Shown piece by piece: positions 37,801-52,800 of a DNA stretch of 64,000 nucleotides. Below the pieces are notes generated by a model. The model was not told where the DNA came from. It worked only from the letters and a program-made list of their open reading frames with translations, and did no database searches. The translations under genes were made by a program, and so were the position numbers. Origin of the DNA: Eledone cirrhosa (lineage: Eukaryota); assembly GCA_964016885.1 (NCBI GenBank), contig OZ024743.1, forward strand, positions 311,984,001-312,048,000, given 5' to 3'. How positions within the stretch are numbered: position 1 is the first letter of the stretch; every line of letters begins with the position of its first letter.

Positions 37801-40800
37801 AAAGTGGTCATGTTGGTGCCACAACATAAGAGTCTAGTCCACCCTGTAAAGTGGTCATGTTGGTGCAACAACAAAAGAATCTAGTCAACCCTGTAAAGTG
37901 GTCATGTTAGTTTCACAACAAAAGAGTCTAGTCCACACTGTAAAGTGGTCATGTTGGTGCCACAACAAAAGAGTCTAGTCCACCCTATAAAGTGGTCATG
38001 TTGGTGCCACAACAAAATAGTCTAGTCCACCCTGTAAAGTGATCACATTTGTGCCACAGCAAAAGAGTCTAGTCCACCCTGTAAAGTGATCACATTGGTG
38101 CCACAACAAAAGAGTCTAGTCCATCCTGTAAAGTGGTCATGTTGGTGCCACAACAAAAGAGTCTAGTCCACCCTGTAAAGTGGTCTTGTTGGTATCACAA
38201 CAAAAGAGTCTAGTCCACTCTGTAAAGTGGTCATGTTGGTGCCACAACAAAAGAGTCTAGTCCATCCAGTAAAGTGATCACATTGGTGTCACAACAAGAG
38301 TCTAGTCCACCCTGTAAAGTGGTCATGTTGGTGTCACAACAAAAGAGACTAGTCCACCCTGTAAAGTGGTCATGTTGGTGCAACAACAAAAGAGTCTAGT
38401 CCACCCTGTAAAGTGGTCATGTTGGTGCCACAACAAAAGAATCTAGTCCACCCAGTAAAGTGATCACATTGGTGTCACAACAAGAGTCTAGTCCACCCTG
38501 TAAAGTTGTCATGTTGGTGTCACAACAAAAGAGACTAGTCCACCCTGTAAAGTGGTCATGTTGGTGTCACAACAAAAGAGTCTAGTCCACCCTGTAAAGC
38601 GGTCATGTTGGTGCCACAACAAAAGAGTCTAGTCCACCCTGTAAAGTGGTCATGTTGGTGCCACAACAAAAGAATCTAGTCCACCCTGTAAAGTGGTCAT
38701 GTTGGTTTCACAACAGAAGAGTCTAGTCCACCCTGTAAAGTGGTCATGTTGGTGTCACAACAAAAGAGTCTAGTCCACCCTGTAAAGCGGTCATGTTGGT
38801 GCCACAACAAAAGAGTCTAGTCCACCCTGTAAAGTGGTCATGTTGGTGCCACAACAAAAGAATCTAGTCCACCCTGTAAAGTGGTCATGTTGGTTTCACA
38901 ACAGAAGAGTCTAGTCCACCCTGTAAAGTGATCACATTGGTGCCACAACAAAAGAGTCTAGTCCACCCTGTAAAGTGGTCATGTTGGTGCCACAACATAA
39001 GAGTCTAGTCCACCCTGTAAAGTGGTCATGTTGGTGCAACAACAAAAGAATCTAGTCCACCCTGTAAAGTGGTCATGTTAGTTTCACAACAAAAGAGTCT
39101 AGTCCACACTGTAAAGTGGTCATGTTGGTGCCACAACAAAAGAGTCTAGTCCACCCTATAAAGTGGTCATGTTGGTGACACAACAAAATAGTCTAGTCCA
39201 CCCTGTAAAGTGATCACATTTGTGCCACAGCAAAAGAGTCTAGTCCATCCAGTAAAGTGATCACATTGGTGTCACAACAAGAGTCTAGTCCACCCTGTAA
39301 AGTGGTCATGTTGGTGTCACAACAAAAGAGACTAGTCCACTCTGTAAAGTGGTCATGTTGGTGCCACAACAAAAGAGTCTAGTCCAGCCAGTAAAGTGAT
39401 CACATTGGTGTCACAACAAAAGAGTCTAGTCCAACCTGTAAAGTGGTCATGTTGGTGTCACAACAAAAGAGTCTAGTCCACCCTGTAAAGTGGTCATGTT
39501 GGTGCCACGACAAAAGAATCTAGTCCACACTATAAAGTGGTCATGTTGGAGCCACAACAAAAGAGTCTAGTCCACCCTGTAAAGCGGTCATGTTGGTGCC
39601 ACAACAAAAGAGTCTAGTCGACCCTGTAAAGTGGTCATGTTGGTGCCACAACAAAAGAATCTAGTCCACCCTGTAAAGCGGTCATGTTGGTTTCACAACA
39701 GAAGAGTCTAGTCCACCCTGTAAAGTGATCACATTGGTGCCACAACAAAAGAGTCTAGTCCACCCTGTAAAGTGGTCATGTTGGTGCCACAACAAAAGAG
39801 TCTAGTCCACCCTGTAAAGTGGTTATGTTGGTGCCACAACAAAAGAGTCTAGTCCACCCTGTAAAGTGGTCATGTTGGTGTCACAACAAAAGAGTCTAGT
39901 CCACCCTGTAAAGTGGTCATGTTGGTGTCACAACAAAAGAGTCTAGTCCACCCTGTAAAGTGGTAATATTGGTGTCACAACAAAAGACTCTAGTCCACCC
40001 TGTAAAGTGATCACATTGGTGCCACAACAAAAGAGTCTAGTCCACCCTGTAAAGTGGTCATGTTGGTGCCACAACATAAGAGTCTAGTCCACCCTGTAAA
40101 GTGGTCATGTTGGTGCAACAACAAAAGAATCTAGTCCACCCTGTAAAGTGGTCATGTTAGTTTCACAACAAAAGAGTCTAGTCCACACTGTAAAGTGGTC
40201 ATGTTGGTGCCACAACAAAAGAGTCTAGTCCACCCTATAAAGTGGTCATGTTGGTGCCACAACAAAATAGTCTAGTCCACCCTGTAAAGTGATCACATTT
40301 GTGCCACAGCAAAAGAGTCTAGTCCACCCTGTAAAGTGATCACATTGGTGCCACAACAAAAGAGTCTAGTCCACCCTGTAAAGTGGTCATGTTGGTGCCA
40401 CAACAAAAGAGTCTAGTCCACCCTGTAAAGTGGTCTTGTTGGTATCACAACAAAAGAGTCTAGTCCACTCTGTAAAGTGGTCATGTTGGTGCCACAACAA
40501 AAGAGTCTAGTCCATCCAGTAAAGTGATCACATTGGTGTCACAACAAGAGTCTAGTCCACCCTGTAAAGTGGTCAAGTTGGTGTCACAACAAAAGAGACT
40601 AGTCCACCCTGTAAAGTGGTCATGTTGGTGCAACAACAAAAGAGTCTAGTCCACCCTGTAAAGTGGTCATGTTGGTGCCACAACAAAAGAATCTAGTCCA
40701 CCCTGTAAAGTGGTCATGTTGGTTTCACAACAAAAGAGTCTAGTCCACCCTGTAAAGTGATCACATTGGTCCCACAACCAAAAGAGTCTAGTCCACCCTG

Positions 40801-43800
40801 TAAAGTGGTCATGTTGGTTTCACAACCAAAGAGTCTAGTCCACCCTGTAAAGTGGTCATGTTGGTGTCACAACAAAAGAGTCTAGTCCACCCTGTAAAGT
40901 GGTAATGTTGGTGTCACAACAAAAGACTCTAGTCCACCCTGTAAAGTGATCACATTGGTGCCACAACAAAAGAGTCTAGTCCACCCTGTAAAGTGGTCAT
41001 GTTGGTGCCACAACATAAGAGTCTCGTCCACCCTGTAAAGTGGTCATGTTGGTGCAACAACAAAAGAATCTAGTCCACCCTGTAAAGTGGTTATGTTAGT
41101 TTCACAACAAAAGAGTCTAGTCCACCCTGTAAAGTGATCACATTTGTGCCACAGCAAAATAGTCTAGTCCACCCTGTAAAGTGATCACATTGGTGCCACA
41201 ACAAAAGAGTCTAGTCCACTCTGTAAAGTGGTCATGTTGGTGCCACAACAAAAGAGTCTAGTCAACCCAGTAAAGTGATCACATTGGTGTCACAACAAGA
41301 GTCTAGTCCACCCTGTAAAGCGGTCATGTTGGTGCCACAACAAAAGAGTCTAGTCCACCCTGTAAAGTGGTCATGTTGGTGCCACAACAAAAGAATCTAG
41401 TCCACCCTGTGAAGTGGTCATGTTGGTTTCACAACAGAAGAGTCTAGTCCACCCTGTAAAGTGATCACATTGGTGCCACAACAAAAGAGTCTAGTCCACC
41501 CTGTAAAGTGGTCATGTTGGTGCCACAACATAAGAGTCTAGTCCACCCTGTAAAGTGGTCATGTTGGTGCAACAACAAAAGAATCTAGTCCACCCTGTAA
41601 AGTGGTCATGTTAGTTTCACAACAAAAGAGTCTAGTCCACACTGTAAAGTGGTCATGTTGGTGCCACAACAAAAGAGTCTAGTCCACCCTATAAAGTGGT
41701 CATGTTGGTGCCACAACAAAATAGTCTAGTCCACCCTGTAAAGTGATCACATTTGTGCCACAGCAAAAGAGTCTAGTCCACCATGTAAAGTGGTCACATT
41801 GGTGCCACAACAAAAGAGTCTAGTCCATCCTGTAAAGTGGTCATGTTGGTGCCACAACAAAAGAGTCTAGTCCACCCTGTAAAGTGGTCTTGTTGGTATC
41901 ACAACAAAAGAGTCTAGTCCACTCTGTAAAGTGGTCATGTTGGTGCCACAACAAAAGAGTCTAGTCCATCCAGTAAAGTGATCACATTGGTGTCACAACA
42001 AGAGTCTAGTCCACCCTGTAAAGTGGTCATGTTGGTGTCACAACAAAAGAGACTAGTCCACCCTGTAAAGTGGTCATGTTGGTGCAACAACAAAAGAGTC
42101 TAGTCCACCCTGTAAAGTGGTCATGTTGGTGCCACAACAAAAGAATCTAGTCCACCCAGTAAAGTGATCACATTGGTGTCACAACAAGAGTCTAGTCCAC
42201 CCTGTAAAGTGGTCATGTTGGTGTCACAACAAAAGAGACTAGTCCACCCTGTAAAGTGGTCATGTTGGTGTCACAACAAAAGAGTCTAGTCCACCCTGTA
42301 AAGTGATCACATTGGTGCCACAACAAAAGAGTCTAGTCCACCCTGTAAAGTGGTCATGTTGGTGCCACAACATAAGAGTCTAGTCCACCCTGTAAAGTGG
42401 TCATGTTGGTGCAACAACAAAAGAATCTAGTCCACCCTGTAAAGTGGTCATGTTAGTTTCACAACAAAAGAGTCTAGTCCACACTGTAAAGTGGTCATGT
42501 TGGTGCCACAACAAAAGAGTCTAGTCCACCCTATAAAGTGGTCATGTTGGTGCCACAACAAAATAGTCTAGTCCACCCTGTAAAGTGATCACATTTGTGC
42601 CACAGCAAAAGAGTCTAGTCCACCCTGTAAAGTGATCACATTGGTGCCACAACAAAAGAGTCTAGTCCACCCTGTAAAGTGGTCATGTTGGTGCCACAAC
42701 AAAAGAGTCTAGTCCACCCTGTAAAGTGGTCTTGTTGGTATCACAACAAAAGAGTCTAGTCCACTCTGTAAAGTGGTCATGTTGGTGCCACAACAAAAGA
42801 GTCTAGTCCATCCAGTAAAGTGATCACATTGGTGTCACAACAAGAGTCTAGTCCACCCTGTAAAGTGGTCAAGTTGGTGTCACAACAAAAGAGACTAGTC
42901 CACCCTGTAAAGTGGTCATGTTGGTTTCACAACAAAAGAGTCTAGTCCACCCTGTAAAGTGGTCATGTTGGTGCCACAACAAAAGAATCTAGTCCACCCT
43001 GTAAAGTGGTCATGTTGGTTTCACAACAAAAGAGTCTAGTCCACCCTGTAAAGTGATCACATTGGTCCCACAACAAAAGAGTCTAGTCCACCCTGTAAAG
43101 TGGTCATGTTGGTTTCACAACCAAAGAGTCTAGTCCACCCTGTAAAGTGGTCATGTTGGTGTCACAACAAAAGAGTCTAGTCCACCCTGTAAAGTGGTAA
43201 TGTTGGTGTCACAACAAAAGACTCTAGTCCACCCTGTAAAGTGATCACATTGGTGCCACAACAAAAGAGTCTAGTCCACCCTGTAAAGTGGTCATGTTGG
43301 TGCCACAACATAAGAGTCTCGTCCACCCTGTAAAGTGGTCATGTTGGTGCAACAACAAAAGAATCTAGTCCACCCTGTAAAGTGGTTATGTTAGTTTCAC
43401 AACAAAAGAGTCTAGTCCACCCTGTAAAGTGATCACATTTGTGCCACAGCAAAATAGTCTAGTCCACCCTGTAAAGTGATCACATTGGTGCCACAACAAA
43501 AGAGTCTAGTCCACCCTGTAAAGTGGTCATGTTGGTGCCACAACAAAAGAGTCTAGTCCACCCTGTAAAGTGGTTATGTTGGTGCCACAACAAAAGAGTC
43601 TAGTCCACCCTGTAAAGTGGTCATGTTGGTGTCACAACAAAAGAGTCTAGTCCACCCTGTAAAGTGGTCATGTTGGTGTCACAACAAAAGAGTCTAGTCC
43701 ACCCTGTAAAGTGGTAATATTGGTGTCACAACAAAAGACTCTAGTCCACCCTGTAAAGTGATCACATTGGTGCCACAACAAAAGAGTCTAGTCCACCCTG

Positions 43801-46800
43801 TAAAGTGGTCATGTTGGTGCCACAACATAAGAGTCTAGTCCACCCTGTAAAGTGGTCATGTTGGTGCAACAACAAAAGAATCTAGTCCACCCTGTAAAGT
43901 GGTCATGTTAGTTTCACAACAAAAGAGTCTAGTCCACACTGTAAAGTGGTCATGTTGGTGCCACAACAAAAGAGTCTAGTCCACCCTATAAAGTGGTCAT
44001 GTTGGTGCCACAACAAAATAGTCTAGTCCACCCTGTAAAGTGATCACATTTGTGCCACAGCAAAAGAGTCTAGTCCACCCTGTAAAGTGATCACATTGGT
44101 GCCACAACAAAAGAGTCTAGTCCACCCTGTAAAGTGGTCATGTTGGTGCCACAACAAAAGAGTCTAGTCCACCCTGTAAAGTGGTCTTGTTGGTATCACA
44201 ACAAAAGAGTCTAGTCCACTCTGTAAAGTGGTCATGTTGGTGCCACAACAAAAGAGTCTAGTCCATCCAGTAAAGTGATCACATTGGTGTCACAACAAGA
44301 GTCTAGTCCACCCTGTAAAGTGGTCAAGTTGGTGTCACAACAAAAGAGACTAGTCCACCCTGTAAAGTGGTCATGTTGGTGCAACAACAAAAGAGTCTAG
44401 TCCACCCTGTAAAGTGGTCATGTTGGTGCCACAACAAAAGAATCTAGTCCACCCTGTAAAGTGGTCATGTTGGTTTCACAACAAAAGAGTCTAGTCCACC
44501 CTGTAAAGTGATCACATTGGTCCCACAACAAAAGAGTCTAGTCCACCCTGTAAAGTGGTCATGTTGGTTTCACAACCAAAGAGTCTAGTCCACCCTGTAA
44601 AGTGGTCATGTTGGTGTCACAACAAAAGAGTCTAGTCCACCCTGTAAAGTGGTAATGTTGGTGTCACAACAAAAGACTCTAGTCCACCCTGTAAAGTGAT
44701 CACATTGGTGCCACAACAAAAGAGTCTAGTCCACCCTGTAAAGTGGTCATGTTGGTACCACAACATAAGAGTCTCGTCCACCCTGTAAAGTGGTCATGTT
44801 GGTGCAACAACAAAAGAATCTAGTCCACCCTGTAAAGTGGTTATGTTAGTTTCACAACAAAAGAGTCTAGTCCACCCTGTAAAGTGATCACATTTGTGCC
44901 ACAGCAAAATAGTCTAGTCCACCCTGTAAAGTGATCACATTGGTGCCACAACAAAAGAGTCTAGTCCACTCTGTAAAGTGGTCATGTTGGTGCCACAACA
45001 AAAGAGTCTAGTCAACCCAGTAAAGTGATCACATTGGTGTCACAACAAGAGTCTAGTCCACCCTGTAAAGCGGTCATGTTGGTGCCACAACAAAAGAGTC
45101 TAGTCCACCCTGTAAAGTGGTCATGTTGGTGCCACAACAAAAGAATCTAGTCCACCCTGTGAAGTGGTCATGTTGGTTTCACAACAGAAGAGTCTAGTCC
45201 ACCCTGTAAAGTGATCACATTGGTGCCACAACAAAAGAGTCTAGTCCACCCTGTAAAGTGGTCATGTTGGTGCCACAACATAAGAGTCTAGTCCACCCTG
45301 TAAAGTGGTCATGTTGGTGCAACAACAAAAGAATCTAGTCCACCCTGTAAAGTGGTCATGTTAGTTTCACAACAAAAGAGTCTAGTCCACACTGTAAAGT
45401 GGTCATGTTGGTGCCACAACAAAAGAGTCTAGTCCACCCTATAAAGTGGTCATGTTGGTGCCACAACAAAATAGTCTAGTCCACCCTGTAAAGTGATCAC
45501 ATTTGTGCCACAGCAAAAGAGTCTAGTCCACCCTGTAAAGTGGTCACATTGGTGCCACAACAAAAGAGTCTAGTCCATCCTGTAAAGTGGTCCTGTTGGT
45601 GCCACAACAAAAGAGTCTAGTCCACCCTGTAAAGTGGTCTTGTTGGTATCACAACAAAAGAGTCTAGTCCACTCTGTAAAGTGGTCATGTTGGTGCCACA
45701 ACAAAAGAGTCTAGTCCATCCAGTAAAGTGATCACATTGGTGTCACAACAAGAGTCTAGTCCACCCTGTAAAGTGGTCATGTTGGTGTCACAACAAAAGA
45801 GACTAGTCCACCCTGTAAAGTGGTCATGTTGGTGCAACAACAAAAGAGTCTAGTCCACCCTGTAAAGTGGTCATGTTGGTGCCACAACAAAAGAATCTAG
45901 TCCACCCAGTAAAGTGATCACATTGGTGTCACAACAAGAGTCTAGTCCACCCTGTAAAGTGGTCATGTTGGTGTCACAACAAAAGAGACTAGTCCACCCT
46001 GTAAAGTGGTCATGTTGGTGTCACAACAAAAGAGTCTAGTCCACCCTGTAAAGTGATCACATTGGTGCCACAACAAAAGAGTCTAGTCCACCCTGTAAAG
46101 TGGTCATGTTGGTGCCACAACATAAGAGTCTAGTCCACCCTGTAAAGTGGTCATGTTGGTGCAACAACAAAAGAATCTAGTCCACCCTGTAAAGTGGTCA
46201 TGTTAGTTTCACAACAAAAGAGTCTAGTCCACACTGTAAAGTGGTCATGTTGGTGCCACAACAAAAGAGTCTAGTCCACCCTATAAAGTGGTCATGTTGG
46301 TGCCACAACAAAATAGTCTAGTCCACCCTGTAAAGTGATCACATTTGTGCCACAGCAAAAGAGTCTAGTCCACCCTGTAAAGTGATCACATTGGTGCCAC
46401 AACAAAAGAGTCTAGTCCACCCTGTAAAGTGGTCATGTTGGTGCCACAACAAAAGAGTCTAGTCCACCCTGTAAAGTGGTCTTGTTGGTATCACAACAAA
46501 AGAGTCTAGTCCACTCTGTAAAGTGGTCATGTTGGTGCCACAACAAAAGAGTCTAGTCCATCCAGTAAAGTGATCACATTGGTGTCACAACAAGAGTCTA
46601 GTCCACCCTGTAAAGTGGTCAAGTTGGTGTCACAACAAAAGAGACTAGTCCACCCTGTAAAGTGGTCATGTTGGTGCAACAACAAAAGAGTCTAGTCCAC
46701 CCTGTAAAGTGGTCATGTTGGTGCCACAACAAAAGAATCTAGTCCACCCTGTAAAGTGGTCATGTTGGTTTCACAACAAAAGAGTCTAGTCCACCCTGTA

Positions 46801-49800
46801 AAGTGATCACATTGGTCCCACAACAAAAGAGTCTAGTCCACCCTGTAAAGTGGTCATGTTGGTTTCACAACCAAAGAGTCTAGTCCACCCTGTAAAGTGG
46901 TCATGTTGGTGTCACAACAAAAGAGTCTAGTCCACCCTGTAAAGTGGTAATGTTGGTGTCACAACAAAAGACTCTAGTCCACCCTGTAAAGTGATCACAT
47001 TGGTGCCACAACAAAAGAGTCTAGTCCACCCTGTAAAGTGGTCATGTTGGTGCCACAACATAAGAGTCTCGTCCACCCTGTAAAGTGGTCATGTTGGTGC
47101 AACAACAAAAGAATCTAGTCCACCCTGTAAAGTGGTTATGTTAGTTTCACAACAAAAGAGTCTAGTCCACCCTGTAAATTGATCACATTTGTGCCACAGC
47201 AAAATAGTCTAGTCCACCCTGTAAAGTGATCACATTGGTGCCACAACAAAAGAGTCTAGTCCACTCTGTAAAGTGGTCATGTTGGTGCCACAACAAAAGA
47301 GTCTAGTCAACCCAGTAAAGTGATCACATTGGTGTCACAACAAGAGTCTAGTCCACCCTGTAAAGCGGTCATGTTGGTGCCACAACAAAAGAGTCTAGTC
47401 CACCCTGTAAAGTGGTAATATTGGTGTCACAACAAAAGACTCTAGTCCACCCTGTAAAGTGATCACATTGGTGCCACAACAAAAGAGTCTAGTCCACCCT
47501 GTAAAGTGGTCATGTTGGTGCCACAACATAAGAGTCTAGTCCACCCTGTAAAGTGGTCATGTTGGTGCAACAACAAAAGAATCTAGTCCACCCTGTAAAG
47601 TGGTCATGTTAGTTTCACAACAAAAGAGTCTAGTCCACACTGTAAAGTGGTCATGTTGGTGCCACAACAAAAGAGTCTAGTCCACCCTATAAAGTGGTCA
47701 TGTTGGTGCCACAACAAAATAGTCTAGTCCACCCTGTAAAGTGATCACATTTGTGCCACAGCAAAAGAGTCTAGTCCACCCTGTAAAGTGATCACATTGG
47801 TGCCACAACAAAAGAGTCTAGTCCACCCTGTAAAGTGGTCATGTTGGTGCCACAACAAAAGAGTCTAGTCCACCCTGTAAAGTGGTCTTGTTGGTATCAC
47901 AACAAAAGAGTCTAGTCCACTCTGTAAAGTGGTCATGTTGGTGCCACAACAAAAGAGTCTAGTCCATCCAGTAAAGTGATCACATTGGTGTCACAACAAG
48001 AGTCTAGTCCACCCTGTAAAGTGGTCAAGTTGGTGTCACAACAAAAGAGACTAGTCCACCCTGTAAAGTGGTCATGTTGGTGCAACAACAAAAGAGTCTA
48101 GTCCACCCTGTAAAGTGGTCATGTTGGTGCCACAACAAAAGAATCTAGTCCACCCTGTAAAGTGGTCATGTTGGTTTCACAACAAAAGAGTCTAGTCCAC
48201 CCTGTAAAGTGATCACATTGGTCCCACAACAAAAGAGTCTAGTCCACCCTGTAAAGTGGTCATGTTGGTTTCACAACCAAAGAGTCTAGTCCACCCTGTA
48301 AAGTGGTCATGTTGGTGTCACAACAAAAGAGTCTAGTCCACCCTGTAAAGTGGTAATGTTGGTGTCACAACAAAAGACTCTAGTCCACCCTGTAAAGTGA
48401 TCACATTGGTGCCACAACAAAAGAGTCTAGTCCACCCTGTAAAGTGGTCATGTTGGTGCCACAACATAAGAGTCTCGTCCACCCTGTAAAGTGGTCATGT
48501 TGGTGCAACAACAAAAGAATCTAGTCCACCCTGTAAAGTGGTTATGTTAGTTTCACAACAAAAGAGTCTAGTCCACCCTGTAAAGTGATCACATTTGTGC
48601 CACAGCAAAATAGTCTAGTCCACCCTGTAAAGTGATCACATTGGTGCCACAACAAAAGAGTCTAGTCCACTCTGTAAAGTGGTCATGTTGGTGCCACAAC
48701 AAAAGAGTCTAGTCAACCCAGTAAAGTGATCACATTGGTGTCACAACAAGAGTCTAGTCCACCCTGTAAAGCGGTCATGTTGGTGCCACAACAAAAGAGT
48801 CTAGTCCACCCTGTAAAGTGGTCATGTTGGTGCCACAACAAAAGAATCTAGTCCACCCTGTGAAGTGGTCATGTTGGTTTCACAACAGAAGAGTCTAGTC
48901 CACCCTGTAAAGTGATCACATTGGTGCCACAACAAAAGAGTCTAGTCCACCCTGTAAAGTGGTCATGTTGGTGCCACAACATAAGAGTCTAGTCCACCCT
49001 GTAAAGTGGTCATGTTGGTGCAACAACAAAAGAATCTAGTCCACCCTGTAAAGTGGTCATGTTAGTTTCACAACAAAAGAGTCTAGTCCACACTGTAAAG
49101 TGGTCATGTTGGTGCCACAACAAAAGAGTCTAGTCCACCCTATAAAGTGGTCATGTTGGTGCCACAACAAAATAGTCTAGTCCACCCTGTAAAGTGATCA
49201 CATTTGTGCCACAGCAAAAGAGTCTAGTCCACCCTGTAAAGTGATCACATTGGTGCCACAACAAAAGAGTCTAGTCCACCCTGTAAAGTGGTCATGTTGG
49301 TGCCACAACAAAAGAGTCTAGTCCACCCTGTAAAGTGGTCTTGTTGGTATCACAACAAAAGAGTCTAGTCCACTCTGTAAAGTGGTCATGTTGGTGCCAC
49401 AACAAAAGAGTCTAGTCCATCCAGTAAAGTGATCACATTGGTGTCACAACAAGAGTCTAGTCCACCCTGTAAAGTGGTCAAGTTGGTGTCACAACAAAAG
49501 AGACTAGTCCACCCTGTAAAGTGGTCATGTTGGTGCAACAACAAAAGAGTCTAGTCCACCCTGTAAAGTGGTCATGTTGGTGCCACAACAAAAGAATCTA
49601 GTCCACCCTGTAAAGTGGTCATGTTGGTTTCACAACAAAAGAGTCTAGTCCACCCTGTAAAGTGATCACATTGGTCCCACAACAAAAGAGTCTAGTCCAC
49701 CCTGTAAAGTGGTCATGTTGGTTTCACAACCAAAGAGTCTAGTCCACCCTGTAAAGTGGTCATGTTGGTGTCACAACAAAAGAGTCTAGTCCACCCTGTA

Positions 49801-52800
49801 AAGTGGTAATGTTGGTGTCACAACAAAAGACTCTAGTCCACCCTGTAAAGTGATCACATTGGTGCCACAACAAAAGAGTCTAGTCCACCCTGTAAAGTGG
49901 TCATGTTGGTGCCACAACATAAGAGTCTCGTCCACCCTGTAAAGTGGTCATGTTGGTGCAACAACAAAAGAATCTAGTCCACCCTGTAAAGTGGTTATGT
50001 TAGTTTCACAACAAAAGAGTCTAGTCCACCCTGTAAATTGATCACATTTGTGCCACAGCAAAATAGTCTAGTCCACCCTGTAAAGTGATCACATTGGTGC
50101 CACAACAAAAGAGTCTAGTCCACTCTGTAAAGTGGTCATGTTGGTGCCACAACAAAAGAGTCTAGTCAACCCAGTAAAGTGATCACATTGGTGTCACAAC
50201 AAGAGTCTAGTCCACCCTGTAAAGCGGTCATGTTGGTGCCACAACAAAAGAGTCTAGTCCACCCTGTAAAGTGGTAATATTGGTGTCACAACAAAAGACT
50301 CTAGTCCACCCTGTAAAGTGATCACATTGGTGCCACAACAAAAGAGTCTAGTCCACCCTGTAAAGTGGTCATGTTGGTGCCACAACATAAGAGTCTAGTC
50401 CACCCTGTAAAGTGGTCATGTTGGTGCAACAACAAAAGAATCTAGTCCACCCTGTAAAGTGGTCATGTTAGTTTCACAACAAAAGAGTCTAGTCCACACT
50501 GTAAAGTGGTCATGTTGGTGCCACAACAAAAGAGTCTAGTCCACCCTATAAAGTGGTCATGTTGGTGCCACAACAAAATAGTCTAGTCCACCCTGTAAAG
50601 TGATCACATTTGTGCCACAGCAAAAGAGTCTAGTCCACCCTGTAAAGTGATCACATTGGTGCCACAACAAAAGAGTCTAGTCCACCCTGTAAAGTGGTCA
50701 TGTTGGTGCCACAACAAAAGAGTCTAGTCCACCCTGTAAAGTGGTCTTGTTGGTATCACAACAAAAGAGTCTAGTCCACTCTGTAAAGTGGTCATGTTGG
50801 TGCCACAACAAAAGAGTCTAGTCCATCCAGTAAAGTGATCACATTGGTGTCACAACAAGAGTCTAGTCCACCCTGTAAAGTGGTCAAGTTGGTGTCACAA
50901 CAAAAGAGACTAGTCCACCCTGTAAAGTGGTCATGTTGGTGCAACAACAAAAGAGTCTAGTCCACCCTGTAAAGTGGTCATGTTGGTGCCACAACAAAAG
51001 AATCTAGTCCACCCTGTAAAGTGGTCATGTTGGTTTCACAACAAAAGAGTCTAGTCCACCCTGTAAAGTGATCACATTGGTCCCACAACAAAAGAGTCTA
51101 GTCCACCCTGTAAAGTGGTCATGTTGGTTTCACAACCAAAGAGTCTAGTCCACCCTGTAAAGTGGTCATGTTGGTGTCACAACAAAAGAGTCTAGTCCAC
51201 CCTGTAAAGTGGTAATGTTGGTGTCACAACAAAAGACTCTAGTCCACCCTGTAAAGTGATCACATTGGTGCCACAACAAAAGAGTCTAGTCCACCCTGTA
51301 AAGTGGTCATGTTGGTGCCACAACATAAGAGTCTCGTCCACCCTGTAAAGTGGTCATGTTGGTGCAACAACAAAAGAATCTAGTCCACCCTGTAAAGTGG
51401 TTATGTTAGTTTCACAACAAAAGAGTCTAGTCCACCCTGTAAAGTGATCACATTTGTGCCACAGCAAAATAGTCTAGTCCACCCTGTAAAGTGATCACAT
51501 TGGTGCCACAACAAAAGAGTCTAGTCCACTCTGTAAAGTGGTCATGTTGGTGCCACAACAAAAGAGTCTAGTCAACCCAGTAAAGTGATCACATTGGTGT
51601 CACAACAAGAGTCTAGTCCACCCTGTAAAGCGGTCATGTTGGTGCCACAACAAAAGAGTCTAGTCCACCCTGTAAAGTGGTCATGTTGGTGCCACAACAA
51701 AAGAATCTAGTCCACCCTGTGAAGTGGTCATGTTGGTTTCACAACAGAAGAGTCTAGTCCACCCTGTAAAGTGATCACATTGGTGCCACAACAAAAGAGT
51801 CTAGTCCACCCTGTAAAGTGGTCATGTTGGTGCCACAACATAAGAGTCTAGTCCACCCTGTAAAGTGGTCATGTTGGTGCAACAACAAAAGAATCTAGTC
51901 CACCCTGTAAAGTGGTCATGTTAGTTTCACAACAAAAGAGTCTAGTCCACACTGTAAAGTGGTCATGTTGGTGCCACAACAAAAGAGTCTAGTCCACCCT
52001 ATAAAGTGGTCATGTTGGTGCCACAACAAAATAGTCTAGTCCACCCTGTAAAGTGATCACATTTGTGCCACAGCAAAAGAGTCTAGTCCACCCTGTAAAG
52101 TGGTCACATTGGTGCCACAACAAAAGAGTCTAGTCCATCCTGTAAAGTGGTCCTGTTGGTGCCACAACAAAAGAGTCTAGTCCACCCTGTAAAGTGGTCT
52201 TGTTGGTATCACAACAAAAGAGTCTAGTCCACTCTGTAAAGTGGTCATGTTGGTGCCACAACAAAAGAGTCTAGTCCATCCAGTAAAGTGATCACATTGG
52301 TGTCACAACAAGAGTCTAGTCCACCCTGTAAAGTGGTCATGTTGGTGTCACAACAAAAGAGACTAGTCCACCCTGTAAAGTGGTCATGTTGGTGCAACAA
52401 CAAAAGAGTCTAGTCCACCCTGTAAAGTGGTCATGTTGGTGCCACAACAAAAGAATCTAGTCCACCCAGTAAAGTGATCACATTGGTGTCACAACAAGAG
52501 TCTAGTCCACCCTGTAAAGTGGTCATGTTGGTGTCACAACAAAAGAGACTAGTCCACCCTGTAAAGTGGTCATGTTGGTGTCACAACAAAAGAGTCTAGT
52601 CCACCCTGTAAAGTGATCACATTGGTGCCACAACAAAAGAGTCTAGTCCACCCTGTAAAGTGGTCATGTTGGTGCCACAACATAAGAGTCTAGTCCACCC
52701 TGTAAAGTGGTCATGTTGGTGCAACAACAAAAGAATCTAGTCCACCCTGTAAAGTGGTCATGTTAGTTTCACAACAAAAGAGTCTAGTCCACACTGTAAA

